A stretch of 64,000 bases of DNA, taken from assembly GCA_030264375.1 (NCBI GenBank), contig JASCQW010000099.1, positions 56,885,631-56,949,630 on the forward strand. Reading direction: 5' to 3'. A program made the translations under genes and the position numbers. Below the pieces are notes generated by a model, which did not search any database, had not been told where the DNA came from, and saw nothing but the letters and a program-made list of their open reading frames with translations. Below, piece after piece: positions 13,075 through 25,769 of the stretch. How positions within the stretch are numbered: position 1 is the first letter of the stretch; each line of letters starts with the position of its first letter. This DNA comes from Carcharhinus longimanus. Taxonomy: Eukaryota.

Positions 13075-13630
13075 TCCTGCACTCCTTATTGTACCAATAT
13101 TCATTCACCTGGCTTGATGTTAATGGTAGAATGAAGAATATCATGGACCATGAAATTGCAGATTGTGATTGAATATAATTCTACTGCTGTCAATGTCCCA
13201 CAGCACCTCATGGATGCCCAGTTTTGAGTTGCTAAATCTGTTGTGAATCTATCATAGTTAGCATGGTCATACTGCAATAGAAAATGATAGATGGTATTCT
13301 CAGTGTGAAAATGGGATTTTATGTCCACAAATCTGAAGTGGTCATCCCTGCCAATACTATCATAGACATGTATCTGTTACAGGNNNNNNNNNNNNNNNNN
13401 NNNNNNNNNNNNNNNNNNNNNNNNNNNNNNNNNNNNNTAATAAATCATTATGGGTGATGGGTATTAAAGTCTTCCACCCATGTAAGTTCTGTGCCCATGT
13501 TACCCTCTGCTTACTGCTTGCAAAAATGTTCAATATGGGGAAATCGCAAACATCAGTTGCAGAGGTATATTAGGTGTTAATCGGCAGAAGGTTTTATTGC
13601 CCATGTTTGACCTGTTGCCATAAACATTGC
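13075..13630 (-). mobile_element. Decayed non-LTR retrotransposon fragment (CR1/L2 group, second family)
   Basis: Peptide YDHANYDRFTTDLATQNWASMRCCG..AVELYSITICNFMVHDILHSTINIKPGE; homologous to 39940-40280 and 41283-41780. Confidence 0.75.
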
Positions 13631-13959
13631 GGAATCTCCATTCCTTTATCCCCTTTACTTCCCTCTTCTGCCCAATTAATATCAGGGTGGTTGAAATCCC
13701 CTGTGATTATTATTCTATGTTATTTCCCTCAATTCCCAAACTTGTCTACATATTACTTCAGCCACCTCCCTTCAACTATTAGATGCATTTACAAGATGCA
13801 CTACAGCAATTTAGCTCAATTATTCTAAGCAAGACAGATTTGAGAGCCAAATCAGTATTTTCAATTGGAAATACTGATTACAAACTCACCTCAATTCAGT
13901 TCCTGGTTGCTACAGATGTTGATTCTTAAATAAATAAACTTTTGATTATGATTATTATC

Positions 13960-14345
13960 CAAATAGGTCTGAGCAAGGTTTTTGACAAAGTCCCACATGG
14001 CACACTGTTCATAAAAGTAAATGTCAAGGGTATCCAAAGCAAAATGGCAAGTTGGCTTCAAAACTGGCTCAACAGCAGAAAGCAAAGAAGATGATCAAAA
14101 GGTGTTTTAGTGACTGGATGGCGGTTCCCAGTGGAGTTCCACAGGGCTTAGCACTGAGTCCTTTACTTTTTGTGGTACACATCATTAATGTAGATACAAA
14201 TTTAGGAGGCATGATTAAAATGTTTGCAGGTATTGGTTGTGTAGTTGGTTGTTGGAAAGAAAGCTAAAGGCTGCAGAAAGATGTCAATGAATTGGTCAGG
14301 TAGGCAGAAAAGTAGCAAATGGATTTCAGTCAGGAGAAACTGCAA
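13960..14345 (+). mobile_element. Decayed CR1-type LINE RT fragment
   Basis: SKVFDKVPHG..., FSDWMAVPSGVPQGLALSPLLFVVHI..MIKMFA (RT motifs SGVPQG and a degenerate FADD). Confidence 0.88.
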
Positions 14346-16123
14346 AATGTTGGCCTAGGCAGTGACGCCAATGAATTAATATAGAAATTAGTTAAATGGC
14401 CTCCTATGGTGCTGTAATTTCTTTTGATTTGATACAAGTAATGTTTACTATTTCACTGAACACAGAACTCAAAATATTTTAAAAAATCAAAAGCACATTC
14501 TATATTTTGGGTTTAATCTTTCCTTAATCTACTATTAATCCCTCATAATGAAATTGAAGATGGGAATCAAAAAGCAGAAATTCCAAAACTTAACTGGATN
14601 NNNNNNNNNNNNNNNNNNNNNNNNNNNNNNNNNNNNNNNNNNNNNNNNNNNNNNNNNNNNNNNNNNNNNNNNNNNNNNNNNNNNNNNNNNNNNNNNNNNT
14701 AACTGGATATATATTTGAAAAGAAAAGACAGGCCCTGAGGAAATGTGGGGAAGAGGGGCTAATTGGACCATGCTTTCAAACAGCCAGCATTTTCACAAGA
14801 GGCCAAATGGCCTCTTTCAGTGCTACACGATATTACAATCTGATTAATTTAAACCCAACTAGTCTGGTGCAAACAAGACAGCTGAACAGTTAAAATCATC
14901 TGGTACACTTGCTCTCCAATGCCCTACTCTCCGCAAAAATAGGTGGGATGCTTCTTTAAGTCTGCAGATCGAAATCAGGTGACAAAATTGAACTCAACAG
15001 TAATTTTACCCAACAGCCCAAGCAGTGAAGCATTTGTGGCTTTCCTATCAGATTAGACTGGTAGAAAGAGGAGCCAGAGCCAAGAGGGGTCAAAGATGCA
15101 CATTTAACTAACATTTTTCTACTGTCCTTATATAGTTAGGAGGCGCAAGGATGATCATCTGGGCCACAACAGACATTTAGGTCTCTGCTGATCATTAGAC
15201 CCACCTCCCATGCAGACCTCACCCCACTTCCCCCAAAACTCCATCCCTACAACTCTCCTGATCACCTGGAACTATTCCTTTAATTCCTAGTAGTGGTCTC
15301 AACTAACCAAATAGAGCAATTCTGACTGCTGGTCAACAGCCACTTCCCACAGGTTTCAGCCTGGCAACTACACATCATACAAATGAGGACCGTGAAGCTA
15401 AAATAACCTGTGCCTCACTACTAATAACAACTGTCTTGAGCCGTGCCTGTCTGATTCCCACTATCAAGTTCCTATTAAGGTTAAAGTTGCTGAACAAAGG
15501 TGCAGGATTAATCACTAAAATCTGAAAAGTCACAAATTAGTTCTCTAAATTTAAATTAGCGCTGATTAAATCGAAGTAACTTTATAATCGCATTTCTGAT
15601 TCAGACAGAATAAGTTTTATTAAATACATTTCATGTCTAATAATTTACCGCAAAGCATTCCTCAAAAAAGAAATACCAAACATTTTAAGCGCTATATGAG
15701 AAGTAACCAGTTTAAAAAGTAATAGAAATATAAAATAAGCATTATTTTTAAATGTTATTAACAAAATATGTATAGGATATCATTGTATATATAACATTTT
15801 ATGTATGTAAAAGTGCATTATATATACATATTTTTTAATAAACAGTAGCTAATATTAATTAATATCACATACTGATACACAGGTCAATTTTGCTTTCATT
15901 CTTCATAGAGATGGAAAAGTGATTTGTAGTGAAATAATATACATTTGGCACACATAGAGTTGTATAATAAGAAACTTAGTCTTCATTTGCTTTAGGTAAC
16001 TGCAGGTGTTCTACANNNNNNNNNNCATGAGTAGAAAATTGCACCTTAAACAGGTAATATCTCAATATCCATAGCATTTTCAGTTTTAGCTAGAGCTGTG
16101 TGAAATCATGTGATTCATCTTAC

Positions 16124-16345
16124 CTTCATCTGCAGATGCCTCACTGCTGTATCCATCATATTCTGCTGACAGAGGACTATATTTGAGTCTGGATTCCCAC
16201 ATATACCCTCTCTGATGGTGTCTGCTGTCTGATGCTGCACCAGAGGCGATCTGTGTTTTGGACAATGCCTCGTGGTATTTGCCAAGCACCTCATCTTCAC
16301 TGTCTGATGAGGAACCATGGTGGTCTCCATCACCATAACTGTTAT
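16124..16345 (-). CDS. SYT14: Synaptotagmin-14 internal exon (cytoplasmic linker before C2A)
   Basis: Translates NSYGDGDHHGSSSDSEDEVLGKYHEALSKTQIASGAASDSRHHQRGYMWESRLKYSPLSAEYDGYSSEASADE, matching recalled SYT14 (HGSSSESEDEALGKYHEALSRT...KYSPLSAEYDGYSSEASIDE). Acceptor gttgaccag|AT, donor GAAG|gtaaga; 222 nt, phase 1-1. Confidence 0.96.
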
Positions 16346-16799
16346 CTGGTCAACACAACAATGACAGTAAGCATCAGACACCAACCCCAGACGCATCAGA
16401 ATGATGAAGAAGAACAAGTCATCTCCCTATTATGATATTTGTTATTTAATGTCCCAAGGTGTTATCCCATTTGGTTTTTTAATGCATCTTTTTAACAGAT
16501 TTGATTAGCTCATTTGAGAAATACTTCAGACACTAATAACAATAATCATATTTGTGGCTTTGATTAGGAATAAATTGGAAGTGAATTTCCATGGGATTCC
16601 CTTGCTCATTTGTTATAACTTCAATAGATGAGCTGCAGAACCCTGAAAAAATGGCTGCAAGTACAACAAATTTCACCCATTCCTCAGTGACATCATCTAA
16701 AGACATGGCTTGAGGTGCCATACTCTCAACCATTTTGCTGGTCAGCTCCACTATTTCTATACTGTCATGTGCTATTGTGATATTCTATTCTGAATGAGT

Positions 16800-17265
16800 T
16801 CCAACTTTCACCAGTTAAAGTTTGGGAAGACTGAAGCATCATCTTCAGCTATCAAGCCACAAACTCTGTATCCTTGCCATTAATTCCACCTTCTTCTCAG
16901 TCATGGTCTCAAGTTGAAATCGACTGTTCTCATCTTCAGTGTCCTATTAGGCCCAAGTTGAGGTTTTGACTCCACCTTTTCTACATAGCTATGACTACCT
17001 ACTTCCATTTTCATAACATTGCTTGCCTTCATCCCTGCTCAGACAAAGTGTTGGCAAAGCCTCAGTCTATGCATTTGTCACCTTGAGATTCAACTCTTCC
17101 AATGATCTCCTTGTCAATCTCACATCCTACATTCCATAAGATTCAGCTCATTCAAAACATTTCCACCTACTTTCTAATCTTACTCACCATCATCTCTTTG
17201 TCACTAACATACGTTAACTTCTGTTCCCCAGTGCCTCAAATTTAAAATTCTCGTCTTTGTATTCC
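16800..17265 (+). mobile_element. Decayed L2-type LINE ORF2 C-terminal fragment
   Basis: Pyrimidine-rich sequence with ctacttccat..ataacattgct, tatgcatttgtcacc, cagctcattcaaaac and aaatttaaaattctc; homologous to 44560-44900. Confidence 0.65.
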
Positions 17266-18044
17266 CTTATGAACATTCTGGTAAAGATTATCAATCTGAA
17301 ATGGCAACTGTTTCAATCTCTCCATGGATGTTATCTAATGTGCTGAGTGGTTCCAGCATTTCCTGTTTTTATTTCATTAAACAACTTTCCAAACTCTCCT
17401 CTCAAATGTGCAGACCAGAAACAGCTATAAAAAAGTGTGCACTTTTATGTTGTTTTCTTCATTGTTCTTGACTCAAAATTGTTATTAAACATTTATGCAC
17501 TTAATGCGCTGATGAATGCTGAACAGCACTGTCAAAACTGCAGTCATTGGATTAATGGTAAGGAACCTTGCCCATTGTTGATGGCCATCAGGAAATTGCA
17601 GGTGCATTGTCCGCATGGATAAAAATTTACAAGCAGAGATTTTATATGATAATATGTGCAGACAGTGGATACGATTCTGTCCCCAGCACATCATCAAAAA
17701 TTTAGATTGAGAATTAACCTCAAACTGTTGTATAGTTAACTAATTAAAGACAATTAACAACCCATAAATAACATTATTTTAATTTCGATGTCAGATGATG
17801 CAAATTAAAAATGTTACAATTAAGAAAGTTTCCTTTCAATAATGGCGAATTGCTATTCAATGATCTGTACCACTGAATTATATCGACATTAACAGAACTC
17901 CCTGGTCATCTCTAAATAGTGCCATAGTAAAAGTCGAACAAGTATTTTCTGAATAATGACAAGGACAGTCAGTGACTAGCATATTTTAGTATGATGAACA
18001 TAGAAAGCAAAATAATTAAAATTCACCTGTTCCAATGCTTTAAA

Positions 18045-18425
18045 CAAGAAGGTTGTGAGTTCAAATTCCTCCAGGAATTTGAGCATGTCATTTAGGCAGA
18101 CACTTCAAGAACTACACAAGACGTGTTATATCATTGATAGTGATTTCCTTTGAACTATGTGTTCAAAAAAAAAGGTCATACCTACTTGTTTAGGATCAAA
18201 CAGCACCATTTGGAGAAGAGTAAATTACCCTGGGTGACAATAACCACTCAATTTAGACCATCAAAATAAGTTAACTGACTGTTGTTTGTGGATGATATGG
18301 TGCACAACTTATTGTTGCATTTGCCTGCATAACAATTGACAACGCTTCAATACCAATTTATTGATTACAAAGTGTTGTCGGATGCTTTTTTGGATATGGA
18401 AGATGCTATATAAGTGCAAGTTCTT
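18045..18425 (+). mobile_element. SacSINE1/DeuSINE-like tRNA-derived SINE, old copy
   Basis: B-box-like gaaggttgtgagttcaaattc, central Deu-domain-like ctgttgtttgtgga..., tail gctatataagtgcaagttctt. Confidence 0.7.
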
Positions 18426-19367
18426 AAATTTAAGGAAAATCTGTTAAAAGTATAGATCACCTTATAAACAGGTTTCCTGAAGAGGATGAAACTCCTGTTT
18501 TTGCTATAAAGCAGATGCAGGTGTGAAATTGTGAAATACGCTTGCAGCAAAATTAGCAAAGACAGGAATTTCACTGAATATGATAACAAAATTAAAAATC
18601 CTCAAGTGAAACTAGATAGAGGAAAATACCATGCCCAATGTTTCATTGGTTTGAAAAAACATGTATCCAAAGAAGTTAATGCTATGTGAATTGATTTCTT
18701 TCCAAAAGAAAATAATTTAGAAGCGAATTGTCAATGATACTGGTCAATGCCTTCATAGATGAACAAATGCTTTACAAAGCAGGATGCTTCCTATGGTGCT
18801 GATCCCTTGAAATATGGGAGGGCACTGGACCAAGTGGGAATTGGTGAGATTAGGTTCAACGCTGGCCTTGCACTGTACCTGATTTTGCTCTTCATTAAAG
18901 TCATGAAGTTTAATATCAGGTGGGTGTATATCTAGTGTTCTACCTATTCCTGCCAGTTTTCCACCAGACATGCAAGGATAACATGTCCCCCACATCTCTG
19001 GAAAACAATCAATTATGGTTGAACAATGCAGGTTGTAACGTTAGAATGGTGCCCTGAAGTTTCAGTACATTCCCTTAGAGGTTAGTGAAAAGACTTTACA
19101 GAGAGTTTTCATCTCAGAGTTTTAGACTTGGTCATCCCTTGTAGATGATTATTTTTGTCAGTCAGAGTCCATGATAGCACACATTGTACAGGGAAGAAGA
19201 GGCTTGCTTTTCTTGTTTATATTGAACTTCACATTTTTTTACTTTGTGTCTTTACCTCAAAAGCTACCAACACCATGCATGAATTGTATTTTGTTCCTTA
19301 TTGTAGCAAACAATGCCACCTAATATTTTCTTGAAGTAGCACTCAGAATTATAATTATTCTAGTATA

Positions 19368-19608
19368 CTTGCTAATGACACAAAGATTGGTGGAACGGCA
19401 AATTGTGCGGAGGGTGTGGAAAGTCTGCAGNNNNNNNNNNNNNNNNNNNNNNNNNNNNNNNNNNNNNNNNNNNNNNNNNNNNNNNNNNNNNNNNNNNNNN
19501 NNNNNNNNNNNNNNNNNNNNNNNNNNNNNNTTATTGTATGGCGGGGCAGGCTCGAAGGGCTAGATGGCCTACTCCTGCTCCTATTTCTTATGTTCTTATG
19601 TTCTTATG
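19368..19608 (+). mobile_element. Young CR1-type LINE 3' part spanning an assembly gap
   Basis: ANDTKIGGTANCAEGVESLQ before the gap; the same tail as 10224-10300 after it. Confidence 0.9.
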
Positions 19609-20859
19609 GAGTAGTCTCAGAAGTCAAAGTCCATATGTGCCAAATCTGTAACATGCATCCTATATGTGTATATTTATGACGACAGTATGCACTTCTTTAT
19701 TAATAATCTATTATTTATCACAATGTAACAGGATTTGATGTCAAATGTTACACTAAAAAAAATTCTGTTCCTGCATGAAAAACCTTCTACCCCCTGTGAA
19801 GTTTAAATAGTGCTTGTCATTTCTACTCTTAAGTGATAACTAGGAATCAAAGGACGCAAATTACAGAGTAATTACAGAAAGTGACATTAATACCTATTTG
19901 ATATCCATATTCAGTGGATTTCTGTTTCTGTTCTAAACTCACGTAGCTCTATTGCCACTAAAAAGTATAGTGGTTACTAGTAATTAATGACAAATGGGAC
20001 TATCTTTAAAAACTTAAAGACTGAAATGGTATCATTAATTTGAGAATGACATTCAAACAGTAATATGCTGCTTAAATTACTCTGTGTTATAGGCTGAAGA
20101 TCAGAGGTTTAACTGAAAGGTTAGAAAAACACCCTAGAAAAAATACTGCTTTTAATAGCAAAAACATGCAGCAAAGGAAAAATCAATACTGATTGGTTGC
20201 ATAAGTACTACAGTATTTTCTTAGTGAATATCACTTGAAGTAGGACTGCAAGATGTATTACAAATAGCAAGTATGACAGTTGTCCACTAATATCTGATAG
20301 TTTGCCCTTTGAGTGGTGACCTGTGCACAAGGATTCACATGAACATTCTGAGCCCCAAATTTCATACTTTCCCCAACCGCTTTTTAAGGAAGCGAGTTTG
20401 ATTTTAAATATGCATCACTTAATAAAGCATAAGTTTTCCGGGGTGAAGACAATGCAAAAATTTGAGGATGCCAATTTGATCAGCTTTTTAATCCCTTTAA
20501 AAGTTTATCACAAAGTCGTGTTAGCAGACAAAAGGAACAACAAATAACTGTCTTTTAAGTACAAAATGTAGAAGCATAAAGAGATCTCTCGGCATCTAGA
20601 AAGGCAAAGATAGGTTAAATTTGAGATAAAATCCTGCATCAAAACTGGAATGGGGAGCTTGATGCGTCCCTGTATAGGACTTAATAAAATAAAGAGCAAA
20701 GCTAAGGACAACATGGAAGACATGAGTAACATACAATAAGTATGCACACAAATAAACTGCTTTATTAGCTTGTAAATTTTCTTGTTTAAGCAGATTGGAA
20801 AGGTGTGAAAATGCTGGATTATATTCAAAATCAATTTAAGCAGGCTAAGTAAAGACTTA

Positions 20860-21190
20860 GAAAGACAGATATGAGCAAAATGTGAAGTATCAATGAGAAA
20901 ACTGAGGAAAAAAACTGGAGAAATTGTTGAAGTTGAAGCTGCAGAAATCAGTGCTCAGATCGGGTGGTTGTAGAGTACTCCAGAGGAAAATGAAATACTC
21001 TTGTTGAGATCTCTGTTGAGCAATTTAGAAGGAATGATCGAAATGTTGATAACTTGATGAACTGAAAGGGTAAGCCATGTGGAGATTAGAAGCATTCTCA
21101 AGGATAGGTCAGAGAAATTCACATACTATCTTGAAAAAGATGACCTTCCTGGCAAGATTATTGTCTACAGTGTCAACAGAGAAAAATCAG
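20860..21190 (-). mobile_element. Decayed LINE (L2-like) endonuclease-region fragment
   Basis: Reverse complement resembles an APE-type region (tactctacaaccacccg, tttcagttcatcaag, aatctccacatg). Confidence 0.4.
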
Positions 21191-21896
21191 GGAATCAAAT
21201 ATACATAATTAAAAATATTGCATATAACAAACACATCACCTATAAAATGCACATTAAAGTCCGCATAGCGTGAAAAATACTGTCAGCCGTGTTGATTAAC
21301 TCAAATGCAGACAGATACAAATAGCTGTCAATTATAAATGCTGATAACCATAAATAAAGAGCTCACATGGAACCAAATAATTCAATCATTCAATTTATTT
21401 CCAAACAAGTACGAGCAGCCACCAGCCACAAATCAAACATGTTGCTCAAGTTATTTTTCTCAAATCAATTTCCACTGACATTTTCAATTCCAGTCACGTT
21501 ATAGTTATATTTAATGCAAAATTTAAATCATTTGAAAAAAAACTTGCTCATATCTGAAAATCAGGGTTTGAGAAGTCTCCAAAAACTACCTTCACACAAT
21601 CCCGTTCCTCTAATTAACTTTTAACCTGTGTGGTTTTATGTTCAGTCATGTCCTCCATACTGACCCAGTTAGAATTTGCCAGGTGCAAATATAGAAGCGT
21701 GTGCCAATTTTCTTCAGTGATATCGTAAAGAAAAATATATGCCAACTAAAAGGGAACATCACATTGCTTGATCAGGTATGATCATGTCATGATGTTTCAG
21801 CTACTATTACTCAAGAACAGATTGTGAAAAGGCTACAATTGAACTGTACAGTTTAAAAACAATGTCTATTTAATAGAGCTGAATGGGGAGTTTCCA

Positions 21897-21968
21897 TGCT
21901 AATACAAAGTAGAAAGATTTGCAATGAGTTTCTTTGCTAATACAAAGTAGAAAGCTTTGCACTGAATA
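21897..21968. repeat. Short tandem duplication (~39 bp x2)
   Basis: tgctaatacaaagtagaaag(a/c)tttgca occurs twice in succession. Confidence 0.9.
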
Positions 21969-22067
21969 TTAGCTAAATCTCAATAACATTGCCACCTACA
22001 GGTATAACACATATACTGCACATGTATGTTGGCATTTTTAAAATCAGTATTTTTCCATGAGATCATC

Positions 22068-22658
22068 ATGGGCGCAATCTTACCGGCTCGCTACACTGAT
22101 TGACTGGTAAGATAGCACGGGAGGCCAAAAATCTGATTCACACCCTATCCTCCCAGCCCCTTTTTACCAATGAGAAAGGCTTGGGCGCGAAGCCTGTTCA
22201 CATAAAAATTACTAAATTAAAAAGTATTCATCTAGTTCAGCATGGCTGCTTCTGCCTTCGCCGGCGGAGAATCACTATTGCTCTGCAGTAGCAGGGACCA
22301 GTTGCCATGGCCATGCCGAGGGAATCGGACACCACGGAAGCCTCCGGGTCGCAGGGGGCATGGAAGCCAGTGTCTACTGGGCAATGCCAACCTGGCAGTG
22401 CCCACATAGCACTTTGGCAATGCCTGCCTGGGCACCATAAGTGTGCTGGGAACAGTGCCAAGCGGGTAGGGCCTGAGTAGGGGTGGGACTATGACGGGGG
22501 TTTGCACAATAATGGTGGACTTATGCAGGAGAGGGTGCTCTGCAAGGGGGTGGTCGACAGAGGGAGCTCTGACAAGAGGAGGCTGTGCAGGGGGAGTGTG
22601 CGTGGGAGATGGGTAGGGGGTGCCTGTGGAAGGAGTTGTGACGCTGGGGGACATGTCG
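22068..22658. mobile_element. GC-rich Harbinger-type MITE, truncated by an assembly gap
   Basis: Starts tgggcgcaatcttacc; interior rich in ggca/tgcc motifs like the MITEs at 60563 and 62660. Confidence 0.65.
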
Positions 22659-22758
22659 NNNNNNNNNNNNNNNNNNNNNNNNNNNNNNNNNNNNNNNNNN
22701 NNNNNNNNNNNNNNNNNNNNNNNNNNNNNNNNNNNNNNNNNNNNNNNNNNNNNNNNNN

Positions 22759-22902
22759 CTTTGGACTGTGGGAGGAAACCGGAGCACCCGGAGGAAACCC
22801 ATGCAGACACAGGGAGAATGTGCAGACTCCACACAGACAGTGACCCACGCCGGGAATCGAACCTTGGCGCTGAGAGGCCGGAGTGCTAACCACTGTGCCG
22901 CT
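22759..22902 (-). mobile_element. HE1-type V-SINE (5' part; rest in gap)
   Basis: tRNA-like head ggcacagtggttagcact...ggttcgattcc and V-domain gtctgcatgggtttcctccgggtgctccggtttcctcccacagtccaaag. Confidence 0.92.
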
Positions 22903-23040
22903 CCATGTAATTTCTATCGACTGAACACAGTCGGAAGCACACTTGTTCGGATCTTTGATGAAACTATGACTGAGGTCAGCATTCATGTCCGATTCCATCT
23001 CAAAGCTGAACAACTGGGAACACAAGAGCAAACATCCTTT

Positions 23041-23345
23041 ACGGTGGCACAGCGGTTAGCACTGCTGCCTCACAGCACCGGGGACCTGGGTTCAATTCTG
23101 GTCTCGGGTGGCTGTCTGCAAGGAATCTGCACACTCTCCCCATGTCTGCGTGGGTTTCCTGCGTGCTCCCACACACCAAAAATGTGCAGGTTGGGTTGAC
23201 TGGCCATGTTAAATTGGTCCTTCGTGTCTGGGGGAGCAGCGGGGTAAATGCATGGAGTTATGGGAATAGTGCCAGGGTGAGATTCTTTGTCAGCTTGATG
23301 TGCTGAATGGCCTCCTTCAACACTGTGGGGATTCTATGATTCTAA
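23041..23345 (+). mobile_element. HE1-type V-SINE, near full length
   Basis: Head acggtggcacagcggttagcactgctgcctcacagc..gggttcaattc; LINE-derived tail gaatggcctccttcaacactgtggggattctatgattcta. Confidence 0.92.
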
Positions 23346-24095
23346 GAATTGGCCATTCAGCCCCTCCGAGCCATTCAGTAAGATTCGGATCCACATCTCA
23401 ACTCCGTTTACTCATCAATCTTAATCCAACGAATATCTATTAACCTTAGCATCGAGAGTCCCCCAGAAACCACAGCCTTATTTGTGGGGTCGGAGTCGGG
23501 GAGAGAGGTCTCGATTTCCACAGTCCATTGCGCCGAGAAGTGGCTCCCTGGGTTTGTATCTGAGGCTCTGGCTCGCGTTCTATCATTCTGCTTCCTGCTG
23601 TAATAAAACCCCGGTTTTGGATTCGTTACTGTGTTTGAGGGCAACTTGGTTAAAATTCTATCATCTCACCCCTCTCCGGAGGCTCTTTCAGTACAAGGTT
23701 ATTAATTGACCCGGGTCATTGCACACCACTGAATATAAAATAGCCTATTCCCTCGTTGGTTCTTTGACATACTGATCAAGGAAATGATCTTGTGTACATT
23801 CCGTGAACTCGTCCTCCATACGGTTGCTGCATGTTTGATTTGCTTAATCTCCATGAAGATTAATGCCTCCCACAATCACTGTATTATCCTTGTTTCAAGA
23901 ACCTCTAATTTCCCAATTTATATTCTCCTTGACAAAACTATAGTTACTGTTCAGCGGCCTACGAACTACCCCCCAACCAACAGTTTCGTCTGCCCTTTGC
24001 TCCACCGAAAACTCATTTGACTCATCGATTTTCTGGGCTAAGGTCCCTTCTCTTTATGGTCTCTTTATTATTAGAGCTAGTCCCCTCCTCCTCCT
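23346..24095 (-). mobile_element. Highly diverged CR1-type LINE pieces (3' tail and endonuclease region), CpG-rich
   Basis: Tail-like ggccattcagcccctc.gagcc; 23720-24090 reverse complement resembles the APE domain (..GVVRRPLNS..., ..GGINLHGD*ANQ..). Confidence 0.55.
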
Positions 24096-24104
24096 CCTCT
24101 TCCA

Positions 24105-24160
24105 TTTTAAGAAGTCTCAAAACACCAGGCTAAAGTCCAACAGGTTTATTTGGAGTCAAA
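24105..24160. repeat. Penelope-type terminal fragment
   Basis: aagaagtctcaaaacaccaggctaaagtccaacaggtttatttgg resembles a recalled shark Penelope-like repeat end. Confidence 0.5.
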
Positions 24161-24640
24161 GAACAAAGAAAATTACAGCACAGGAACAGGCCCTTCGGCC
24201 CTCCAAGCCTTCTGACTATCCACTCTGTCCATGCCTCTCATAATCTCGTAGACTTCCATCAGGTTGCCCCTCACCTCTGTCGCTCCAGTGAGAACAAACC
24301 AGGTTTCTCCAACCTCTCTTCATAGCTAATGCCTTCCATACCAGGCAACATCCTGGTAAATCTTTTCTGTACCCTCTCCAAAGCCTCCACATCTTTCTGG
24401 TAGTGCAGCGAGCAGAATTGAACATTATATTCCAAGTGCGGCCTAATAAAGTTTTACAAAGCTACAACATGACTGGCCAATTTTTAAACTCAGTGCCCCA
24501 GCCACTGAAGGCAAGCGTGCTGTATGCCTTCTTAACTACCTTCTCCACCTGCATTGCCACTTTCAGTGATCTGTGTACCTGTACACCCAGATCCCTCTGC
24601 TTATCAATACTCCTAAGAGTTCTGCCATTTACTGCATAAA
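24160..24640 (-). mobile_element. CR1-type LINE 3' fragment
   Basis: YAVNGRTLRSIDKQRDLGVQVHRSLKVAMQVEKVVKKAYSTLAF; tail ggagggccgaagggcctgttcctgtgctgtaattttctttgttctttg. Confidence 0.92.
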
Positions 24641-25203
24641 ATCTGAGGATGTTGAGGAGACACAGAAAAGGAGGGAGAATAACACTCACCGGTTGAAGTT
24701 GGAACTGATAACGAGTCACACTTTCTTTCTATAGGAGAGATAAACACTGAGTGAGTTGGTGAAAGAAAATTAACAGCGTAAACCTGTCGACATTGGGGGG
24801 AGGTCTAAAAGCCTTTTCACCATCACCGCAAATCCCGTTATGGCTGTAAACTCTCATGAGAAGGCCGTAAAGGATTTGCTCTCCGGAGATCTCAGAATGA
24901 GATCCTGCCGCCCCCACTGTGATGTAATCAGATTCTTGCCCAATGAGGGTATGAACCAAATTACCACCATTTTGAATAGCTTTAAAAGGCAGGAGTGGCT
25001 TTATGCTGTTGTTTACAGGGATGTCAGATGCTCCCCTCGCCAGCAAGACGCCACATCAGCAGGAATCATTACTGCTCTCCAGCGGCTGAGCTGACCACAC
25101 CGGAGGGAAGGAGGCTGGTGTAGCCTCCTGGTGGTCAGCAACCTGCTACTGGCACCCTGTCAGTACCAACTTAGCGAGGAGAGGGTGGGGGATGCAGCAA
25201 TGA

Positions 25204-25512
25204 AATCATAGAATCGCTACAGCACAGGAGGCCATTTGGTCCATCGAGTCTGTACTGACCACAATCCCACCCAGGCCCTAGTCCTGTAACCTCCACATTT
25301 ACCCTGCTAATCCCCTTGACATTAATGGTTAATTTAGCATGGCCAATCAACCTAACCTGCACATTGTTGGACCGCGGGTGGAAACCAGAATGCCCGGAGG
25401 AAACCCACGCAGACATGGGGCAAACGTGCAAATCCCACACTGGGAGTGACCCGAGGCCGGAATTGAACCTGGGTCCCTGGCACTGTGAGGCAACAGTGCT
25501 AACCAATGTGCC
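25204..25512 (-). mobile_element. HE1-type V-SINE
   Basis: Head, V-domain and tail homologous to 23041-23345, reverse orientation. Confidence 0.92.
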
Positions 25513-25769
25513 AGTGTGTGCCCTCCAGTGGTGAGGGGGCTGTGCCTGCATTGCAGGGGGTGGCTTTGATGTTAATGTCCCGATGTCTGCGATGATGGCT
25601 GGTGTGACTTGTGAACCCCTCATTAAGTGTTTGGGGGGAAGTTTGCAGACAAGGTGTTCTCCTTGTCTGCTGGTGGTCCCGATGTCCGTGGGGTGGGGGG
25701 GGGTCTCTCCTGGTTAGTTAGGAGATTGAGGCACCCAAGCTGAGCTTCTACCTCAACTCACTTCCCCAT

